DNA from: Trueperaceae bacterium
Lineage (GTDB): Bacteria; Deinococcota; Deinococci; Deinococcales; Trueperaceae
Assembly (NCBI GenBank): GCA_965213705.1
Contig: OZ243913.1
Span: 416,001-480,000, forward strand
DNA: 64,000 nt
Reading direction: 5' to 3'
Shown here: positions 57,709-64,000 of the stretch, in pieces
How the letters are laid out: each line of letters begins with the position of its first letter
Numbering within the stretch: position 1 is the stretch's first letter
The notes under the pieces: model-generated
Database searches by the model: none
The model's input: the letters and a program-made list of their open reading frames with translations, nothing else
Told to the model about the DNA's origin: nothing
Program-made: the position numbers and the translations under genes

Positions 57709-58607
57709 CTCTCACTCGTGTTTAGACTGTTTCGTTGGATGGTTTTGAAGTCCGACCAGCTTTTTAGAACCATGCTCTCGAGCGCCTCTGGATACACAAA
57801 TCCGTAGCGTTCGGCGAGGTCGCGTCCTACCTTGGTGACGTGAGCGTTCAAGCGGTCAATGGCCTGGAAAATTTCGTCTCGGTTGCGACTTGGCAGGCCG
57901 AGGGTCTCGAGGAGGTCGGTCTCGTCCAGGGTGCGGCTGACGGGTGTCATACTGTGAATGGTGAGGCGGCTGATGTCGCCGCAATCCCGCCCCGTCTCGC
58001 GGACGTAGAGGAGCCGCATCAGCACGGGGCGGAACCGGTTGAGTCCTTCCCAGGCGAGGGTGTCGAGCCCGCGGTACAAAACTTTCCGATTTTTGTGGGC
58101 GTTCAGCCAAAAGAAGCCGATAAGCTTTTCTAGTTCGTCGGCGTTCGCCTGTGGATAGTCGAGCACCTGTTCCGCTGGAGGTGTGACCAGCTTTTCCGCC
58201 CAGCGCTCGTCGCGACAGCCCAAAACGAGTCGCGCTTCGGGCGTGAGAGACGCCGCGGTGCTCTGCACATAAAGGTCGTAGATGTCGCCGTTGGGGGCGA
58301 GCAGGTGGTGCAGGACGGCTCCCTCCCTAAACTGTAAAACGTGATGGACGAGAGGTGCCGTTTTAAAGACAGCGGTCAGGGTGGGATTTTCCCAAGCGGC
58401 GAAGTTTTCGGGTGTAACCGCCACGCGCAGGTCGATATCGCTGTAAGGGTCGCCCTTGCCACTCCCCAAGCTGCCGCCGAGCCAGACCGCAACAATCTCG
58501 GAGCGTTGCCACAGCTTGCCGACGACCTCTTTCAAAAAAGGCGTTTGTGGCAAGTCGGGAAGGTGGCCTAGAATCAGGTTGCCGTTTCCGGACGTATCAT
58601 GGGTCAT
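57705..58607 (-). CDS. Pol-beta-type nucleotidyltransferase domain protein
   Basis: AVWLGGSLGSGKGDPYSDIDL motif plus a helical C-terminal domain. Confidence 0.8.
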   Translation of the reverse strand: MTHDTSGNGNLILGHLPDLPQTPFLKEVVGKLWQRSEIVAVWLGGSLGSGKGDPYSDIDLRVAVTPENFAAWENPTLTAVFKTAPLVHHVLQFREGAVLHHLLAPNGDIYDLYVQSTAASLTPEARLVLGCRDERWAEKLVTPPAEQVLDYPQANADELEKLIGFFWLNAHKNRKVLYRGLDTLAWEGLNRFRPVLMRLLYVRETGRDCGDISRLTIHSMTPVSRTLDETDLLETLGLPSRNRDEIFQAIDRLNAHVTKVGRDLAERYGFVYPEALESMVLKSWSDFKTIQRNSLNTSES

Positions 58608-58655
58608 GTGTTACCTCACTCCTGAGCTTACCCAAAGTCGCCGTGCTGAGTCCTT

Positions 58656-59309
58656 GTGTTGAGCAAAAGCGACCTCCGCGAACTCTACGACGCCTTCGGC
58701 AGCAAGCAGGACCGAGCGGCGCGTTACGAGGAGCCTGCGCTTGACAAGCTGCTCGAGCACGCCCACTTCGGCACAGCTAGGGCCGTGTTCGAACTCGGCC
58801 CCGGCACCGGCCGCTTTGCGCAGAATTTGCTGACGAACTACCTGCCTAAAACCGCGACCTACACCGGCGTCGACCTCAGTTCTACGATGGTTGCGCTGAC
58901 TAAGGAACGCCTCGCTCCTTTTGCAGACAGAGTCGAAGTGCAGCAGTCGGACGGCGCGCTGAAGTTTGACGAGCGAGACGCCTCGGTGGACAGGTTTGTG
59001 TCTACCTACGTCCTCGACCTGTTATCCGAAAACGACATTCACACGGTTCTCGCCGAGGCGCAGCGGCTGCTCGAGCCCGGCGGCTTGTTGTGTCTGGCGG
59101 GGTTGACCTACAGCCCGCAACCGCTGGCGAGGTTGAAAATCACCTTGTGGGAACTCGCCTACCGGGTGAACCCCAAGTGGCTGGGCGGCTGTCGGCCGCT
59201 GCGGATGCTCGAGTTTCTGCCGCAAGACGTGTTCAGGCTCGAGTACCACGGGGTTGTAGTTGCCGCTGCCACGCCGTCGGAAGTCGTGGTGGCAAGAAAG
59301 CTGGGTTGA
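58656..59309 (+). CDS. Class I SAM-dependent methyltransferase
   Basis: VFELGPGTG, GVDLS, RLLEPGG. Confidence 0.88.
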   Translation: MLSKSDLRELYDAFGSKQDRAARYEEPALDKLLEHAHFGTARAVFELGPGTGRFAQNLLTNYLPKTATYTGVDLSSTMVALTKERLAPFADRVEVQQSDGALKFDERDASVDRFVSTYVLDLLSENDIHTVLAEAQRLLEPGGLLCLAGLTYSPQPLARLKITLWELAYRVNPKWLGGCRPLRMLEFLPQDVFRLEYHGVVVAAATPSEVVVARKLG

Positions 59310-59396
59310 CCCCTGCCCGCGCTTTGCCGCTACACCAAACCGACTTTCTTTCAGTCAAAATAGGCTAAACTGGGTTTACACTTTTGGGGAGGGGCA

Positions 59397-59906
59397 ATGC
59401 AGTCTGAGAGCGACGAACAGCTTGTTCAGCGCCTGGCGGAGCGGGACGAGTCGGCCCTGTTAAAGCTTCACAGCCGTTACGCTCACCAACTGGTCGCGTT
59501 TATCGGGCGTATCTCGAGCGACTCCGACGAGGTCATGCAGAGCGCCCTGGACACCTTCGCCTACGTTTGGAACCACGCCGGGGAGTTCGAGCCCGAAAAG
59601 ATGAGCGCTCGCGCTTGGTTGGTGACCGTCGCTCAGCGCACCGCCCTCAACCATCGTCGTGGCGGCGACTTAGAGCCTATGCCTTTACGCTGGAACGTGC
59701 CTGCACGCCACCCGGCCGAGCATATTCTGGAGGTTGTCGCCGACCTCAGTCCAGAGGCGCGTGACTATTTAGAGCTTGCCTTTTACCGGGGTCTTTCGCA
59801 GCGTCAGGTTGCTGAGGAAACGGGCAAGCACGTCGACGCCGTGCAGGCCGAGATGCGCCAGGCGCTTCACCAGCTGCGCCAGCGGCGGGCGGGGGGTGAG
59901 CCGTGA
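59397..59906 (+). CDS. ECF sigma factor (SigK-like, divergent)
   Basis: SDEQLV..D.SAL, VW..A..F, AWLVTVAQRTALN, LELAFYRGLSQRQVAE. Confidence 0.82.
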   Translation: MQSESDEQLVQRLAERDESALLKLHSRYAHQLVAFIGRISSDSDEVMQSALDTFAYVWNHAGEFEPEKMSARAWLVTVAQRTALNHRRGGDLEPMPLRWNVPARHPAEHILEVVADLSPEARDYLELAFYRGLSQRQVAEETGKHVDAVQAEMRQALHQLRQRRAGGEP

Positions 59907-60154
59907 CCCTCGGTGAAGACATCCTTATCAACTACGTGATGGGCGCGCTCTCGAACGCCGAAGAACGTGAAGTCGCCCTTTACCTGAACGACCATCCTGA
60001 AGAGGCGGCCCTGGTTCGCGACTTTTTCGAACTGCTGGCCGTTCTCGCGCTCGACCAGGAGCCCGCCCACCTGCCCCCCGACGTCGAGATGATTTTGCTG
60101 CGGCGCATTCGGCAGGAAAAAGAGGCCGGTCCGGCCGGCGAAGAATCTACATAA
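59903..60154 (+). CDS. Short anti-sigma-like protein (RskA N-terminal-like only)
   Basis: 83 aa; YVMGALS..EE.EV..YL, PP.V...LL.RI; GTGA coupling to the sigma gene; no TM. Confidence 0.65.
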   Translation: MTLGEDILINYVMGALSNAEEREVALYLNDHPEEAALVRDFFELLAVLALDQEPAHLPPDVEMILLRRIRQEKEAGPAGEEST

Positions 60155-60197
60155 AACCTGCGTAGAGACGCGCCCTTCCGCCTCTCGTGAACACCTC

Positions 60198-61280
60198 TCA
60201 CCGCAACGCTTGTAAGAGAGGCGCGGGGCGCTCGCAGGTGCTCTCGAGCACGACGCGTCGCCCCGTTTCCGCCGCGGTGAAAAAGGCTTGCAGCGTCTCG
60301 AGCACGTGGTACGCCAGTTCGCCGCTCGCCCGGTGGGGGCGGTTTTCACGAACGCCCTGCACAAAGTCGGCGAGGGCGAGGCCCCAGTCTCGCGGCAAAT
60401 CGTCGTAAGGGTTGACGAGCGGCAGTTCACGCCAGGTTTCGTCGTTCGCGCCGCGAACGCGCACCGGCCCGGCGAAGTCGTTGGGCGCGCGCAGCGAGAG
60501 CGTGCCTTTTGAACCGTAGACCTCGAATTTGGGCACTTCCGAGTGCCACACGTCGAAGCTCGTTGTCAGGGTGGCGACCGCGCCGCTCGAGAACTCCAAA
60601 AGACCTGCGACGTGCGTAGGTGTGGTGACTTGGAAAGTCTCACCGGCTTTTGCGCCGCTGCCGACGGTGCGCTCCGGGAAAGTAACGCGCGCCGAGCCGA
60701 GCACCCGCTCGACCGGCCCGAGCAGCGTGACCAGGGCCGCGACGTAGTAAGGTCCGATGTCGAGCAGCGGGCCGCCGCCGGGTCCGTAGAAGGGAGCCGG
60801 GTTCGGGTGCCAGCTCTCCATGCCCCGGCTCGCCATAAACGCGCTCGCCGCCACAACCCTCCCGATGAGCCCGTCGTCGACAGCTTTGCGCGCGGTCTGC
60901 ACCGCCGCGCCCAAAAAGGTCGACGGCGCGCAGGCGACACGCAAGTCTCGTTCTCGAGCGACTTTCAAGACTTCCCACGCGTCCTCGAGCCCGGTCGCCA
61001 AAGGCTTTTCGCTGTAGACGTGTTTGCCCGCACGAAGCGCTCGCAACGACACGCCTGCGTGCGCCGCCGGGACGGTCAGGTTGACAATTGTTTCAACCTC
61101 GGGGTGCCTAAGCAGTTCGTCGACGCTTAAAACCAGTGGGACGCCGAACTCTGCGGCTCGAACCCGTGCCAAGTCCAGGTCGAGGTCGCTGCAGGCGACG
61201 AACTTTACGCCTTTGAAAAACTGGGCAGCCCTAAAGTAAAGCGGGCTGATGTTGCCGCAGCCGACGACGCCGAGGTTCAC
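60198..61280 (-). CDS. Gfo/Idh/MocA family oxidoreductase
   Basis: GVVGCGNIS, HVYSEKPLA, WHPNP.PFY..GGGPLLDIGPYY. Confidence 0.93.
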   Translation of the reverse strand: MNLGVVGCGNISPLYFRAAQFFKGVKFVACSDLDLDLARVRAAEFGVPLVLSVDELLRHPEVETIVNLTVPAAHAGVSLRALRAGKHVYSEKPLATGLEDAWEVLKVARERDLRVACAPSTFLGAAVQTARKAVDDGLIGRVVAASAFMASRGMESWHPNPAPFYGPGGGPLLDIGPYYVAALVTLLGPVERVLGSARVTFPERTVGSGAKAGETFQVTTPTHVAGLLEFSSGAVATLTTSFDVWHSEVPKFEVYGSKGTLSLRAPNDFAGPVRVRGANDETWRELPLVNPYDDLPRDWGLALADFVQGVRENRPHRASGELAYHVLETLQAFFTAAETGRRVVLESTCERPAPLLQALR

Positions 61281-61386
61281 GGGACGCAGGAAGCGGGCGG
61301 GAGGAAACTCGGCATGGATATTTCCTCGTCAGGACTTGTAGCTCGTAGCTTGTAAAAACACGAACTACGGACTGTCAAGCTCGAAA

Positions 61387-62973
61387 TCATCGGGACAATA
61401 CCCTTTCGGCGACGCGCTGCAACAGCTCGGGCAAGGTTTCGAACGCGTAGGGTGCGTGGACGCGCTCGAGCCGCTGGTGGTAGTCGTGTCCCCACGGGCC
61501 TAAGTTTACAACCGGGCAGGGTGCCGGGGATGCGGTTTCGACTCGGGCGAAGGGCGTGTGTGCAGCTACGAAGGCTCGAGCCGCCGCGTCGTCCGAAGGA
61601 CTGAAAAAGCTCATGTCGGAGATGCCGTCGAAAAAAGGGCGCACGGCGACGCCGACCTGTTCGACTTCGCGCTTTAGAAGCTCTACGACCTCCCCATGCC
61701 GCTCGCGGTTCACCTCCGAGCGAGGATAGTAGGGCGGCGCGAAACCGACGACGGCGGCGGGTCCGTCAAGACCAACCAAATGCACCAACGCCTGTGCGAC
61801 GGCGTTGCAGCGCTCCACAATCTCGGCACCGGGAAGGGTGTCGCGGAGAACGCGCTCGGTCGCGGCCTCGTCCAGAGACCGAGCGCGTTCCAGCAGCATC
61901 TCGAAAGTCAACACCGTCGGTGACCAAACCGTCGGTGACCAGGGCGGTATATTCGCCTCGGTTCCGCTGCGCTGCGCGTGCTCGGCGTGGCGCTCGTTCA
62001 AAAGAGCGAGGCACCGCGCCAAGCTCTCCCCGGCGAGTGTTTCGAACCCGGCTAAAACCTCACTCGGCGAGCGGTGGTGGGTGAGCACGTTCACGGCGCA
62101 AAACGCCGTGGTGGGCGTGGTCACGTCGTAGTGGGAGCGGTTGTCGCGCTGGTAGAGTACGCTCGGCGGGGCCGGGTAAGCGGCTCGTCCCGCGGCGTCG
62201 CCGTAAGCTGGATTGGCTTCGATGTGCGTCGCAAAGTCGGCTGCTAAAAGTGCCGGGTTGACGCCGCCGAAGGGCGCGCCCACGTGGGTGGGGCGGCCGA
62301 CGAACAACACGAACGGGAGCAGCTTGCCCACGCTGCCTAAAAACAGCGCCGGTTCGGCGGACACGTCCAAGTTGACGGCCAGCTCGAGCCTCAACTCCCG
62401 CTCCCGGCATACCCCCGGCAACTGCCGCACGACCGAGCGCATCCCGTGCGAGGCGACCTCCTCGTCGGGAACGGCGACGAACAGCAGGTTGCCCGGCCGC
62501 TCGGCACGCTCGCTCCAGGCGTGCAACACGCCGAGTCCGGCGGCCAGTCCACTTTTCATGTCGAGTAACCCGCGGCCCGGCAAAAAGTCGGTCTCGAGTT
62601 GCTGTAAAACCTCGTCTTCCTCGCCCCGGCTCGCCGTGCGCAATTCTTTCAAAAGCGCCGCGCGCAGCGCTTCGGGGTTGCAAGCGAGGGGCTCGAGGGG
62701 TCCATAATTTTCCGTACTCACCGTGTCGTAGTGGCCGGTTAAAAGGAGAGTTTGCGGCCCGTCCCCCCGCACCAGCGCGAACAGGCTGTAGCGCTGGTGC
62801 GGGTCGTCCAAGGTGCGCTCTAACCACAAGTTTTCGGGGTGCGCTTGAAGAACGGGCCATCCTGACAAGAGTTTTTTCAAAAACGGCGCGAAGTCGCGTT
62901 CGCCCGGTGTGCCGGTGACGCTTTTGAAGGCGGTAAGCTGAAGGGCTAGAGCCTTTACGGCGTTAGGATGCAC
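61387..62973 (-). CDS. M20 family metallohydrolase, RocB-like
   Basis: LTGHYDTV, GRGLLDMKSG, VPDEEVAS.GM, GSVGKLLP, GISDMSF, NLGPWG.DYHQ. Confidence 0.85.
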   Translation of the reverse strand: MHPNAVKALALQLTAFKSVTGTPGERDFAPFLKKLLSGWPVLQAHPENLWLERTLDDPHQRYSLFALVRGDGPQTLLLTGHYDTVSTENYGPLEPLACNPEALRAALLKELRTASRGEEDEVLQQLETDFLPGRGLLDMKSGLAAGLGVLHAWSERAERPGNLLFVAVPDEEVASHGMRSVVRQLPGVCRERELRLELAVNLDVSAEPALFLGSVGKLLPFVLFVGRPTHVGAPFGGVNPALLAADFATHIEANPAYGDAAGRAAYPAPPSVLYQRDNRSHYDVTTPTTAFCAVNVLTHHRSPSEVLAGFETLAGESLARCLALLNERHAEHAQRSGTEANIPPWSPTVWSPTVLTFEMLLERARSLDEAATERVLRDTLPGAEIVERCNAVAQALVHLVGLDGPAAVVGFAPPYYPRSEVNRERHGEVVELLKREVEQVGVAVRPFFDGISDMSFFSPSDDAAARAFVAAHTPFARVETASPAPCPVVNLGPWGHDYHQRLERVHAPYAFETLPELLQRVAERVLSR

Positions 62974-63047
62974 GGGACATCCTAGCTGTTTACGACCAGG
63001 CTTGTGCTGGATGAGATTTCTTGAAGGCCCTTTTTAAGCTCGAGCCC

Positions 63048-63446
63048 TCACTCCAACACCTGAAATAACGGGTGCTTACTCGCTCTCCGGTCGAACGTAA
63101 CCGTCGTTTTGCAGCCCTCTTGTTGATTTTTGTGTCCAATTAAGTAGTCTGCGTAGTCAGCGTTTCCCACTTCGAAATCTCGTAAGGCTGCCCAGGCGAC
63201 ATCCGGAGTTTCGACGGTAAACTCGGCGGTGCTGAGCACCTGCTTGAGCACTTCGGCAACCGTGCCTTTTGGGTAGTGGTAGGCGTAGCGCAGCACCCAA
63301 ACAAGCTCGCACAAGACGACGTGGTTGACGTAACCGGGCGTTTCTTTGGTACAGGATGTTTCTAAAAAGGCTGTGGCGACAGGCGTTTGCTCGGGGTCGT
63401 CCTGCGCGATGTAGCGCGCTAAAACATTCGTATCAAGACCGGTCAA
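63048..63446 (-). CDS. vapC: PIN-domain (VapC) toxin
   Basis: GLDTNVLARY..DD, LCELVWVL, DYADYLI, TVTFD. Confidence 0.9.
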   Translation of the reverse strand: MTGLDTNVLARYIAQDDPEQTPVATAFLETSCTKETPGYVNHVVLCELVWVLRYAYHYPKGTVAEVLKQVLSTAEFTVETPDVAWAALRDFEVGNADYADYLIGHKNQQEGCKTTVTFDRRASKHPLFQVLE

Positions 63447-63672
63447 AACCGGCCTCTCGAATAGCTCTGTCCATCTCTTCCAAACTCACGGGTTTGTTCG
63501 GTTTGGGAACCATGCCTTTGAGTTTTGTGAGTGAAGACGTAACCGGGAAGAGTTCGACGGAACCGTTTTCGTGAACAAGAAACTTGAGTTTGTCCCCCGC
63601 CTTTAACCTCAGCTTTTCCCGCACCTTTTTGGGAAGAGTGATTTGACCCTTGCTTGTCAGAGTAGCAATCAT
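63433..63672 (-). CDS. AbrB/MazE/SpoVT family antitoxin
   Basis: ATLTSKGQITLPKKVR..L.LKAGD; overlaps the PIN gene. Confidence 0.9.
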   Translation of the reverse strand: MIATLTSKGQITLPKKVREKLRLKAGDKLKFLVHENGSVELFPVTSSLTKLKGMVPKPNKPVSLEEMDRAIREAGFDRS

Positions 63673-63782
63673 TCCTTACTATAGCCCTTTTCCCTTACAT
63701 AAGGGTAAGAAGGTTTTCAAACGGCCTTGCAACTCCGGCTCGAGACTTGTGCCCGACGAAGTTTCCGGCGTACAATGTACAC

Positions 63783-64000
63783 ATGGCACGTTACACCGCA
63801 ACCGACGCCCGCCGACATTTCTTCCAACTGCTCGACGCTGCCGAAAGGGGTGAGCAGGTTGTTTTGGAACGCCACGGCGTCCGCTTCAAACTTGTTTTGG
63901 AAGGGGCTGAAGGTGTCGAAACACCCGCAGCCGTTTTGATTGTGAACGACCCCGAAGTCCTGCAAGGCGATTGGACTTGGACGAGCGATAAACAGGGCCA
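63783..64000 (+). CDS. Phd/YefM family antitoxin, partial (runs off the window; not in the ORF track)
   Basis: Manual translation MARYTATDARRHFFQLLDAAERGEQVVLERHGVRFKLV...; TACAAT 6 nt upstream; GTACAATGTAC palindrome. Confidence 0.75.
   Translation, partial: MARYTATDARRHFFQLLDAAERGEQVVLERHGVRFKLVLEGAEGVETPAAVLIVNDPEVLQGDWTWTSDKQG

Noticed and set aside
63717..63965. 82-aa minus-strand ORF and 70-aa plus-strand ORF (63727-63939)
   Set aside because: They are shadows of the Phd/YefM-like frame starting at 63783.

Overview
This window is the chromosomal replication-origin region of a GC-rich bacterium, most likely Deinococcota (Trueperaceae-like). That assignment is inferred from the gene order mdh-parB-parA-rsmG-mnmG <> dnaA-[oriC]-dnaN-eno-pyk and from many genes with a TANNNT box directly before the start codon. 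The core carries two perfect parS palindromes and a 12-box oriC with a Bacillus-type basal unwinding motif. Left arm: an SDR/oxidoreductase operon with an unlisted mini-HicB ORF, a baeRF (aeRF1-like) gene, an arsR-DUF6428-MFS-arsN operon with two operator copies, dnaJ, a CEMIP/TMEM2-like G8/PA14 lipoprotein behind a c-di-GMP-II riboswitch, a DUF4097/SHOCT/DUF2089 operon and a fasciclin gene with a CarH-like operator. Right arm: a GGDEF protein and a ~22-kb amino-sugar uptake and catabolism region (three ATPase-less ABC importers, nagZ, nanE, RpiR, DUF4127, FAD and Gfo/Idh/MocA oxidoreductases), interrupted by a yybP-ykoY riboswitch plus cation antiporter, then an ECF sigma with a short anti-sigma, a rocB-like peptidase and toxin-antitoxin genes. 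CTCGAG is strongly iterated across the window (about 140 copies counted by eye). No rRNA, tRNA, CRISPR array or transposase was seen. All family assignments come from motif recognition by eye, not from database searches.
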